The position numbers were made by a program, and so were the translations under genes. A stretch of DNA of 64,000 nucleotides, from NCBI GenBank assembly GCA_963845755.1, contig CAWJTV010000037.1, positions 32,001 through 96,000 of the forward strand. The letters are read 5' to 3'. The notes below the pieces were generated by a model. That model made no database searches and was not told where the DNA came from. It worked only from the letters and a program-made list of their open reading frames with translations. Position 1 is the stretch's first letter. Each line of letters starts with the position of its first letter. Positions 32,123 through 41,848 of this stretch are shown here, piece by piece. Origin of the DNA: an uncultured Planctomycetota bacterium. GTDB lineage: Bacteria > Planctomycetota > Planctomycetia > Isosphaerales > Isosphaeraceae.

Positions 32123-33379
32123 TTAGATTTCGGACAATCGCCGAGACAAGAATCGCCGCTCCGGTTCCTGCCGGGCCAACGATAATGCTCGCTCATACGA
32201 GTTCTTCGCGTCGGACATTTTTCCGGAGCGCCGGCACAGCTCCGCTCGCGCCGCGTGGGCAAGGTGATAGTCCACCAGATCCCCGCGTCTTAGAATCGCG
32301 TCGATCAGGACCAGCCCCGCCGCCGGTCCGTCCCGCATCGCTAACGCAACCGCCCGATTGAGTTCGACGACGGGCGACAAATCGATTCGCTGCAGTACGG
32401 AGTAAAGCGCGACAATTCGATTCCAGTCCGTCTGGGCGGCGGTGCCGGCCTCGGCATGAACTGCCGAAATGGCAGCCTGGAGCGTGTACGCACCAATCCG
32501 TCCCGACCGAAGGGCTTGATCCACCAGTGCCTTGCCCTCGGAGATCATGTTCTGATCCCAACGGGAGCGGTCCTGCTCTTCAAGCACAATGATTTCACCG
32601 TCCTGGGAAACACGTGCTTCCCTGCGCGATTCGTGGAGCAGCATCAAGGCCAGCAGCCCCTTGACCTCTGGATCGGGAAGCAACTCGAGAAGTAACCGGC
32701 CCAGCCGAATGGCCTCGGCTGTCAAATCAATCCGCAAGAGCGAACCGCCCTGCGAGGCCGCATATCCTTCGTTGAACACCAAATAGATGGCGGAAAGTAC
32801 CGCGTCCAGCCGTTCGGGCAGGTCCCCCAGTGACGGAACGACATAGGGAATTCGTTCATCACGAATCTTCGCCTTGCCGCGTACGATTCGCTGGGCCATC
32901 GTTGCCTTGGAAGTCAAGAACGCGTGGGCGATCTCCTCGGTCGTCAGACCGCAGACCTCGCGAAGCGTCAACGGCACCTGTAGCTTTGGGTCGATGGCGG
33001 GATGACAACAGGTGAAGATCAGACGCAATCGATCGTCTTCGATCTCCGTGGTGGCTCGGGCGGCATTTTCATCGGCCACTTGGTCTAGTCGCGAAGCGAT
33101 TTCGGGCTCGAGTGCCTTCAGGCGGCCATGCCGACGAAGCGCATTGATCGCCTTGACTTTCCCAGTGGAGATCAACCAAGCTCTCGGATTTGCAGGCACC
33201 CCATCTCGCTGCCAAATCTCCACGGCGGCTGCGTACGCCTCGTGCATGGCATCGTCCGCCAGATCAAAATCGTTCAGCAATCGGACGAGCGAAGCAAACA
33301 CGCGACGCGAGTCGGAGCGGTAGAGATCGTCGATCCGGTCGCGGATCGTTACGGAGGCATTGAGGTTTATGTCGATCAT
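32123..33379 (-). CDS. ECF42-type RNA polymerase sigma factor with C-terminal TPR-like extension
   Basis: DDRLRLIFTCCHP, LTLREVCGLTTEEIA..FL..ATMAQRIVR.K, QDRSRWD, YTLQAAI, SPVVELNRAVA; adjacent to DGPF genes. Confidence 0.9.
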   Translation of the reverse strand: MIDINLNASVTIRDRIDDLYRSDSRRVFASLVRLLNDFDLADDAMHEAYAAAVEIWQRDGVPANPRAWLISTGKVKAINALRRHGRLKALEPEIASRLDQVADENAARATTEIEDDRLRLIFTCCHPAIDPKLQVPLTLREVCGLTTEEIAHAFLTSKATMAQRIVRGKAKIRDERIPYVVPSLGDLPERLDAVLSAIYLVFNEGYAASQGGSLLRIDLTAEAIRLGRLLLELLPDPEVKGLLALMLLHESRREARVSQDGEIIVLEEQDRSRWDQNMISEGKALVDQALRSGRIGAYTLQAAISAVHAEAGTAAQTDWNRIVALYSVLQRIDLSPVVELNRAVALAMRDGPAAGLVLIDAILRRGDLVDYHLAHAARAELCRRSGKMSDAKNSYERALSLARQEPERRFLSRRLSEI

Positions 33380-33496
33380 TTCATGCCAGCTCGAGCGTGT
33401 CCGCGGTCCGTATCGACATCGGTTCAGACGGCGAGATTTTACCTGATTCTATTCAGGATTTGAAATTCGCCGTTGGAACAACCACCCCCAACAAAA

Positions 33497-33544
33497 GTTC
33501 AAATCCCGTCGCGGGTCGCATTCGCAACTAACGACGGGATTTGA
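33497..33544. repeat. 48-bp palindromic element, copy 2 (REP-like)
   Basis: GTTCAAATCCCGTCG...CGACGGGATTTGA, same orientation as copy 1. Confidence 0.75.
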
Positions 33545-33849
33545 TGTTGCAAGGATTCTGGGCGACTGGAATCGAACCCCGCGTGGCCGTCTACCTGCTG
33601 TCCTACTCTGCTTCGGTCGGATCGACGTCGGATCGACCAAGGCGCACAACACCGATAAAGTTGTTCAAACTCCTGTCGCAAGGTTGAGCGGCTGAGAAGG
33701 TCCCAACGCGACGCGCGACTGCTGCGAGTTGCCCAGTCTCGGCGCTCATAGACCTGACCACCGGTCGCGGCATGGGTATTATCGCTGCTAGCGGTGGGTG
33801 GCGGTCTACGTTGGACTGCTTCCGTCGCGCCACGATCTCGGAGGCGATC

Positions 33850-33945
33850 ATGAAGGCGATTCGCTCAATGGCGTTGGTCCTCGGGGTATGCGGCCTGGCG
33901 GGCGCGGCGGACGACCAGGTAGTAGATCCGGTCGGGACATGGTAG
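33850..33945 (+). pseudogene. Truncated secreted-protein gene (signal peptide only)
   Basis: RBS GGAGG; MKAIRSMALVLGVCGLAGAADDQVVDPVGTW*, with no room for the rest before the convergent gene. Confidence 0.55.
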
Positions 33946-34014
33946 TGCTTTAGCAGATGCCGGCTCGCAGGGAGGCAAGCCGGCTCGGTCGGTACAGCCC
34001 CTGGGATCGTCCGA

Positions 34015-36300
34015 TCAGTCCCGGGCCAGACCCGCGGGGGCCGTCTCCGCGTTACGGCTCGACGCCGTGTCTACCGCGAGCTGCTTTCGCGCGTAATCCA
34101 GCCATCGGTTGTGGAGGTCGGAGGGGCCTTCGATCTGGTAGATGTCACGCAGTGCAGCCGCGGTCCCGATCCGTTGCGAGTCCCGCACAAACTGGACGAA
34201 CCGCTCCGGGGGACCCTGGTCGACCAGGTAGTGCGTCAGTGAGACGCTCTGGGCATAGAAGAGCCGCCAGTCCTTCTGCTCGGGATACTCCATCGCCATG
34301 AGTTGACTGACCGGGAAGACCCGACCGGCTTCGAGGGGCTCGCGAAGCTCCGCTGCGCGGTGATGCTGCTCGGTGAGCGGCTCCGCGAGTACCGCGATGC
34401 CCTCGTCGGCCCATCGCGGGATCTGCTGGACGACGAACAGGTCGGACAGGACGATGTGGGTCACCTCGTGCGGCAAGGTCGCAGTCAGCAACATCGGGTT
34501 GTCGGCGCGGAGGCTCATGCGACGAGACAGGACACGGACCCCGTTATTCGTCATGGTTGAGATTCCCGGCGAGATCTCCGGCTGGCCGGTTCCCTGGGCG
34601 TAGGATTGCGGGTTCGGATAGAGATACAGGTCGCAGAGAGGCGTCCAGTTCGTGTGAATGGCCGGACTGCCCCATCGCTTCGCCTGCGCCGTGCGGACCG
34701 ATTCGGCGACCGTGGCCGCCTGCTGCGCCAGCGCGGAATCGCAGTGGAAGATCCGGAAGTTCGCCGTTTGGTGAACCTGCCACTCGATCGGGTCGGACGA
34801 CTCCGCGAGACTTGGTTTCGGCGTTTCCTCAACTCGTGGTTCCGAGGCCTCCTCCCCCGGACGAAGGTCCACGCTCGCACCATGGTTAAGGGCCTGGGGC
34901 CTGACTCCATCGTCGGTCGGGCTCGCCGCGTTCTTCGCCTCAGGTTGGGGCCCGACAGGTGCAGGCATGGGAAGGCTCAGGGCCTGCTCTGGCACGGGCT
35001 CGGTCGGGGGCGGCGACGCTCCACGGACCGGCTGGGGGTTCGCGGCTCCGCGCGCCCGTCCGAAGCGGCGCGGGACGGGGCGTCTCGGGGGCGGAGCTTC
35101 GTCGGGCTCCGATCCACGGATGACCAGTTTGTTGGAGTTGGCCATGGGCTGCCGGCCAGTTACTCGCGATTCGCCGACGACGTTGCGAAGATACTCTCCG
35201 ATCCAGTGATTGGGGGTCAGCCGCTGAATGTCCTGGACCTCCGCCTGGATCGCGTCCCACTCCGCCCCTGAACGAGGATGGGCGTTGATCTTTCGGACAA
35301 CGTCGACCGCCCGGCAATACGCCCAGTGCGTCCGTCGATTCGCAGGGAGATGGTTCTGGCGGGCCAGCGTCCCATAGAGTCGGCCCGCGTCGTCGTATCG
35401 CTCTTCCGAGAATAGCCGATCGGCCTGCCTTAGCTCGGTTTCCTTGACCGGGCGATTGGGAGAGGCTGCAGGGGACGCCAGGCCCACTCCTGCCGCAGGC
35501 TCGGGACTGCGATTCGTCGCGCGTTCGGATTCGGCATCGGGCGTCCCGTCGGCCGGGTTGATCGAGGCGATCGATGCGTCGGGGTCATCGGCCTGCAAGA
35601 CGTGGGTGAGCCCCGCGCCCGGTCGTTCCGGTTGCTCTGATTTGGTCCGCGGGCTCGCCTCGGATGCTGGGCGCGAGTCGAGGATGCGTGGCGCCTCATT
35701 CCCGGGAGCGCGAGGCGCCGGCTGATTCCCTCGGGGTAGAGCCGCGATCGGCGGCGGGGGTTGCTCCGGCTCGGGCAGCGGGGCCGGCACTCCGAGAAGG
35801 GGCGGGTTGGACCGGGGATCCAATACGGGTCCCAGGTCCGGCGAGGGGACCGCCATGGCGGGTGGCCGGGCGTTGTGTGGACGATCGGAGGCCGGCTTTC
35901 GCGGTGGGTTGGGCTTTGGAAGTACCGGATTCGCGATCGCTGGCTGCGGTCGCGACTCGGACGGCTTGCCGGGGCGGATCGCTGCGCGATTCCGATCGAG
36001 GATGGCCAGGTTATCGCGATAATGAGCCGCGTCCTGTGGGCGTCCCGCCGCATCGGCCTTCCGGGCGAGCACCTCGTAGGATTGGCGGAGTAGTTCGAGA
36101 ACCGCGGGCCGATCTTTGTTCGGCAACTCCAGCAGGGCGTCTTCCAGGACGGTCAAAGCTGCCGCGTGATCTCCCGACTCGATCAGTCAACGCGCCTGAT
36201 CGATTGGCCCCCCAGTCTTGCTTGGTGTGGTTCCTCCGTGGACCGGACGGGCCAGGACCACGCAGAGACCCACCATGATCGTCGTGACAGCCTGTCGCAT
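34015..36300 (-). CDS. Secreted Pro-rich protein with a C-terminal MA-clan (gluzincin) peptidase domain; frameshift near 36185
   Basis: Signal peptide MRQAVTTIMVGLCVVLA, TPR-like helices, Pro-rich linkers, LPHEVTH...PRWADEG..., FYAQSVSL. Confidence 0.8.
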
Positions 36301-36802
36301 GACATCCCTGTCCGTTTCTCTCGGTCCTAACGCGGCCTGCGACCGCATCCCGCGAGCGATTCACGAGTCAAGAACCAAGTTTGTGGTATCGTCTCCCGCG
36401 GGAATCCGGAATGTCGAATCCCTCGGAGACGTGCACAGCCCAAGAGGCTTGCGTAGGAAGCCTCGAGCGTTCCCTGGGGTCCTGGCGCGGCTCGTCGGAG
36501 AGACGGTCCTCCACGTCAGGTTGCGGTCCCACGTTCCATCCCGGGACCCGCGACCGCCGATCCCTCGGCGCGACGAATCGAGACTCGTCGTCCCGGCCAC
36601 TTCGGGGGCGTCGGAGCGAGGGGAGTATGCTCGGAAACGATCGGCCCGTCAATCGGAACTGTGCGCGGCGAGGATCGCTAGGCGCAGAACTCCGCATCGG
36701 GGAGCGAGGCGGCGCCCCGATTGCATTGCGCCGGTTCCTGCGGTGATGTGAGTGGACCGACCGAGGCCGATGAGACGGATTTCATGGGTTCGTCGAGGGG
36801 CA

Positions 36803-38284
36803 TCAATCCACCGAAGGACTGGGCTCGATGACGCGCGATTGGACTCGGCGACCGTTCAGGCGCGGGTGCACCATTTGCACAGGTGCACGGCTCGCCCTTG
36901 CGGGAACAGGGATCGGGATCGGCTCGGGCTTGGGAAGCCCGAGTACCTGCGCGGCCTCGACCTGGAAACGGGAGAGCTCGGCAATCTGGACGGACGACAG
37001 TGTGAGACTATCGGCGACGTGCCGGCGTGACCAATCCGTGGCCTTGTCATACCAACTTCGGGCGCGGTCCTGATAACCGAGCTTGGTATGGATCATGGCG
37101 AGGAAGAACCAGTCGAAACCGTCGCCCTCGCCCCCATTGCGAAGTTCCATCGACTGGTAGAGTGCGCTCCGTGCCTCTTCCCAGTTACCGAGGCGATAAT
37201 AGGCGACTCCGAGGGTATTCCAGATCGCTCCGTCGCTCGGCCAAAGTTCCACGGCGCGGTGGGCATATTTCACCGCGTCTTTCGGATTGCGCAACGTCAA
37301 CTCGGGGCACGTGGCCAGCAGCCACGCCCAACTGTTGAGAGCCTGGGCGGCGCTATAGGGACCGGAACCGGTCATCGAGGTGCGCGGGATCGAATCGAGG
37401 ATGACGGCCAATCGCCGGTAGTCGTCCGCGGCGGCGGCGTATTTCTCCGAGTTCCAGGCCTGGGCGGCACTCCGAAACAAGGTTTCGATGTCGAGGATTT
37501 GCTGTTGCGTTTCCGAGTTCCTCGGCGCCGATCGTCGGGGCGAGCGGATCCGGTGGAGGTCATCGCGGAGGATGAACTCGCGGACCACGCGCGATTGATT
37601 CAACAGTTCAAGGTAGGCCGTCCAGGCCGGCATGCGGACCATCAAGACCAGGAAGGCCACGGAGGTACAGACGGCCAGCCGGCCGAATCGCTCCCGCCGG
37701 GCCAGTGTCTGGCGATCGAGAGGGATTGAAGAGTCGTCGTGTCCTCCAAACGCGAGCATTGTGGCCCAAGCGGCGGTCGCGAACTCCAGGAGCAGTTGCG
37801 TACCGCCCAGCAGGCTGAGCAAGATGGCCGGGACGGCGGCGTGCGCCAGCGCCGACAACGACACGTGGAACGAGCCGATGGCAATTCCGCTCGCGTGGTG
37901 ATCGCTCCAGTCCGCAACCATCGTCACCACATTGCCGATCGAGAGGATCAAGAAGGTCAAGGCACCTGGCTTCAGCAGCTCCAGCCACTGCATCCGACGC
38001 AGGGCCAACCCCAATAACAGCGGCCATGCCGCACCCAGCAGGAAAGTCGGATTATTCTCGTAGAAGAACCAACTCCAGCGCGACATCGACATGGGTTCCA
38101 CCCGTGTCGATTCCAGGCCGAGGATCACATAGTCCGCGATCGCGCAGACCAGGCGGACCGTCCCAAGAATCACCATCCATGTGCCCAGGACGCGGATCTT
38201 CTCGGCCGTACTCGAAGCGCGAACGACCGGTTCGCGATGGGCGATGAGTCGTGGTTCCAGCTCCGTTGTCGTCGTGAATCCCAT
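36803..38284 (-). CDS. Membrane protein with C-terminal TPR domain
   Basis: Five TM segments; LNSWAWLLATCP..RNPKDAV..A.RAV, NTLGVAYYRLG, DWFFLAM planctomycete-type TPRs. Confidence 0.8.
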   Translation of the reverse strand: MGFTTTTELEPRLIAHREPVVRASSTAEKIRVLGTWMVILGTVRLVCAIADYVILGLESTRVEPMSMSRWSWFFYENNPTFLLGAAWPLLLGLALRRMQWLELLKPGALTFLILSIGNVVTMVADWSDHHASGIAIGSFHVSLSALAHAAVPAILLSLLGGTQLLLEFATAAWATMLAFGGHDDSSIPLDRQTLARRERFGRLAVCTSVAFLVLMVRMPAWTAYLELLNQSRVVREFILRDDLHRIRSPRRSAPRNSETQQQILDIETLFRSAAQAWNSEKYAAAADDYRRLAVILDSIPRTSMTGSGPYSAAQALNSWAWLLATCPELTLRNPKDAVKYAHRAVELWPSDGAIWNTLGVAYYRLGNWEEARSALYQSMELRNGGEGDGFDWFFLAMIHTKLGYQDRARSWYDKATDWSRRHVADSLTLSSVQIAELSRFQVEAAQVLGLPKPEPIPIPVPARASRAPVQMVHPRLNGRRVQSRVIEPSPSVD

Positions 38285-38555
38285 GAGTCGTCCCTCGCAG
38301 CATCAAGAACACCATTGATGTTTTGATGCATGTATGTTGACACCTATCGACTCACGAATGTGCCTGTCGTTCGCGGCTGGGATGGCCGAGCCCGGCTGAT
38401 GACCGAGAAAAACCGGTTCGTCGCTTTCTCTTCGAGACGGATGATCCTTGCCGGAGGCTCGGATGATTTCGGGCTGACCTGGTCGAGCGTCTCGCCTTGG
38501 GGCGCGCCATCCGATCATTAGACATTAGAGTCGGCGGACGAGATGATGTCCAACC

Positions 38556-38595
38556 AAAAAAAAATGCGACCGGCCGAGACATGTCTCGGGCCGGT
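38556..38595 (-). terminator. Rho-independent terminator
   Basis: Hairpin ACCGGCC-GAGAC-AT-GTCTC-G-GGCCGGT followed on the minus strand by nine T. Confidence 0.75.
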
Positions 38596-38845
38596 GGGAG
38601 CAGAGGGATCCAAGGCGGGATTCCCGAGGCGTCCAGGTCAATGGCCGACTGCTCGATTGGGGGAGCACGAGGGTCGGCCGGGCAGGTGGAAAGGGCTGCG
38701 CGAATGGCGGTAAGAAATGCTATGATCGTCGGAGGTGAATGGTTGACTCAGGAAATCAACGTTCCGCTGGTCCGCCTGGACTCCCGGGTCGGTCGTCGCG
38801 GGATCCCCGTGAACTCGTTCGTTTGCCGATGGCATCACAACCCAG

Positions 38846-40148
38846 GTGGAAGCATTCGAGCAGTCTCCCAGAGCGTTCCGGCCGGTTCGCGAGCTGGCTT
38901 GCGTTCCATCGGCGCCGTCGCGGGCGCTGGCAGGACTCGGATTGGCATTGACCGTGACGGTGCTGGGAGTTTGGGGTTACGGCGCAATTCGTAGGGAGCG
39001 TCTCAAGCCCGAGGCCCTCTGGGAGCAGGCTGAGGCCGACCTCCGGGCCGGACGGATCGATCGGGTCGAGCAGGCCGTGGCGCGCCTGGGCCACCTGCGG
39101 CCACCGACTCCCAAGGATCACATGCTCTTCGCCCAGCTCGCGGTCGCTCGCGTGCAGGCCAAGGAGGCACTGGCGGAGCTGGCGCAGGTACCGGACGATC
39201 ATTACATGGCCGCCCAGGCCCGATTGCTGGCCGGCCAGATCGACCTGCGGTATTATCGCCTCCGACCCGCCGAGCAATCCGTTCGCGACGCAATTCGCCT
39301 CGAGCCCGGGCTCATTCAGGCTCATCGCGAACTGATCTGTATCTACAGTTTGCAACTTCGGCGCGTGGAGGTCGGTCGTGAGTTCCTCATCCTTTCGAGC
39401 CTGACGGACTTGAGCTTCGCCGAACTGTTCCACTGGGGCCTCCTCCGGAGCGAGTCCTGGGATCCGGCCGCACCGGCAGAGATGTTGATCGCGTGCGTGG
39501 CGGCCGATCCGGGAGATCAGTGCTCGCGATTGACGCTATCCGAGAACTATCGGCTGATGGGGATGCTCGCCGAGGCGGAGTCGGTCCTGGAGGGTGTGCC
39601 GCTCGACGAACCTCGGGCGATCGCGGCCCATGCCCGGATCGCCCTGGATCGTAACGATGAGGATCGAGCCGAGCGGTTGCTGGCGACGGGGCCACCCGAA
39701 GACCCGGCACTCGCCGTCTTGCGCGGGCGGCTGGCACTCTCGCCGGGACCCCGCAACGGCCCGACACTTCTTCCAGATCGCCTACGACGCCGACGAGGAT
39801 CATCGCGAGGCACTCTCCGGACTGATCGCCGCGCTGGTGGCACTCGGCGACACCAAGACGGCCGCTCCGCTCCGCTCCATCGCTGCCAAGCGTGAACGTC
39901 TCAATGCACTGATCCATCGCGCCGGCTCGCGTGTCGCGCGCGACGACTCGCGCACGCTGCCCGAAGACGCCGACCTGCCGCGTCTCTTGGGCGATGCCTG
40001 CGCGGCGGTGCACCATGACGATGAGGCCCGCGGCTGGTACAAGCTGGCCATCGCCCGCGATCCCCTCGACGCGCGGGCCCAACAAGCCTTGTATGAATTG
40101 AACCTAGCCAGCCAGAATACCGCTCGATCGACCCGCCCGGCACCTTGA
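38846..40148 (+). CDS. Membrane-anchored TPR protein; frameshift near 39740
   Basis: N-terminal TM, then TPRs (AQARLLAGQIDL, AHRELICIYSLQLRR, EARGWYKLAIARDPLD..AQQALY). Confidence 0.78.
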
Positions 40149-40291
40149 CCATCCATCGCGAGGTTCGGCGCCTCGCACCGACTATCGAGGCGGTGTTCAG
40201 CGAGTCCGTACCGCGTCTCGCGTGCGGCACTTCGGATTGGCGACTCATGACGAGCCGTGTCCGATCACCGTATCTTGAGGGTAAGGACTCC

Positions 40292-41848
40292 ATGACATCC
40301 CCAGTTGCTCCGCTCGGCCCAGCCTTCTACGTCGCGACGGCGCTCTCATTGTCGCTGGGATGGGGGATTCGCGGGAACTTCGGCCACGAATACGGCGCGA
40401 TGATCCCGGGGGCGCTCGCGACCCTGGCGGCGGTCCTCCTGTCGGGGCGGGACGACTGGCATCACCGGATCGCCGATTTCGCGATGTTCGGGGCGCTCGG
40501 CTGGTCCTTCGGCGGCAGCATCTCGTACATGCAAGTGGTCGCCTATACGCACTCCGGCCACTCGCCGAGCGTGCTATACGGATTTGCCTGTCTGTTCGTG
40601 ATCGGCTTCCTCTGGGCCACGCTGGGGGGCGTGGGCACGACTCTGCCGGCCGTTGCGGATCGATCCTTCCGGTCCGCCCTGTACCTTCCCATGGCCGTTG
40701 TGTTTTTCCTCTGGTGGCTGCAAGGAGCGGCCATCGATCCCTGGCTGCGAGCGAGTGGTTACGAGTTGAACTGGTACGACACGGACTGGCTCGCGGCACT
40801 TCTGGCCCTCGGCGGCGGACTCCTCGTCTGTGCGGTCCGACGCCGATTCGACCGAGCCACCGGGCTCATCCTCTGCATGGCCGGCGGTTGGTGGGCCGGA
40901 TTCCTCCTCCTGGTCGTCTGCCTGGGATTGCGGATGACGCCGCCGCGCGGCGACAACTGGGCGGGATGTCTGGGGATGACGCTGGCTGTCCTGTGGTATT
41001 GCCGGCGGATCGGCCTTGTCGAGGTCACCCATGCCGCGCTCGTGTGCGGCTTCATCGGTGGGATCGGGTTTTCGGCGGCGTCGATGCTCAAACTGGTCGA
41101 GGTGACCAGCGGCTACGAGACCAACTGGCACAGCATCCTCGAGCAGACGACGGGTTTGTTCAATGGCATCGGCGTTGCCGTCGCCCTGGGTTCCCTGGCA
41201 CGCTGGTCCCCCTCGGTTGATCGGCCCGAAGATCGGGAACGCCGCCCCGGAACCGAGCCCTATGCGCTGGGCTTCATCCTGCTGGGGATCACCTACCTCA
41301 ATCTGAGCAAGAACGTGCGCGAATGGGTCAGGGTCAAGGCCATGCCGGCGGAGATGGTGGGTATTCCCGCCTCGTCCTGGTTTGCCCTGGGATACATCCT
41401 GCTGGCATTGAGCTTGCTGGCGCTGATACTTCGACACACCCGGAAACCCCTGGCGATTGTGCCTTCGAGCGCGCTGGGCCGGGGACAACTGCTCTATGTC
41501 GGGTTGCTCTGGTGGCTCGTTGTCGGGAACTTCGAGCGTGCCGTGGTCGCCTTCACAGCCCAGAGGCTCGTCACCGAAGGCGTGATTTTCGCCGTCGCCG
41601 TGGTCTGCACAGTGCTCCTGCTCTCGTGTTCGCCGCCGAGTCGTACCGACGAGCTGTGTGCTCCGGGTGAATCCGTCCGGCCGCGAGTGGGACGGACGAT
41701 ACTGGCAGGATTGCTGGCAGCGGTCGTCTCGATCGTCGTCGACTGGGCGATCGTTCGCGGCATCTACGGGGATCGGTTCGCGGGCCATGCTGGAAAGCAC
41801 ATCCGATTCGGACCCGATGCGACGATCAATCGTCAGGAAGCTCGCTGA
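40292..41848 (+). CDS. Polytopic membrane protein of unknown function
   Basis: RBS AAGGA; more than 12 hydrophobic segments; GWGIRGNFGHEYGAMIPG and GWSFGGSISY motifs. Confidence 0.75.
   Translation: MTSPVAPLGPAFYVATALSLSLGWGIRGNFGHEYGAMIPGALATLAAVLLSGRDDWHHRIADFAMFGALGWSFGGSISYMQVVAYTHSGHSPSVLYGFACLFVIGFLWATLGGVGTTLPAVADRSFRSALYLPMAVVFFLWWLQGAAIDPWLRASGYELNWYDTDWLAALLALGGGLLVCAVRRRFDRATGLILCMAGGWWAGFLLLVVCLGLRMTPPRGDNWAGCLGMTLAVLWYCRRIGLVEVTHAALVCGFIGGIGFSAASMLKLVEVTSGYETNWHSILEQTTGLFNGIGVAVALGSLARWSPSVDRPEDRERRPGTEPYALGFILLGITYLNLSKNVREWVRVKAMPAEMVGIPASSWFALGYILLALSLLALILRHTRKPLAIVPSSALGRGQLLYVGLLWWLVVGNFERAVVAFTAQRLVTEGVIFAVAVVCTVLLLSCSPPSRTDELCAPGESVRPRVGRTILAGLLAAVVSIVVDWAIVRGIYGDRFAGHAGKHIRFGPDATINRQEAR

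Noticed and set aside
29546..33544. CRISPR or tRNA interpretation of the 48-bp repeats
   Set aside because: Only two copies 3.9 kb apart, no cas genes and no cloverleaf.
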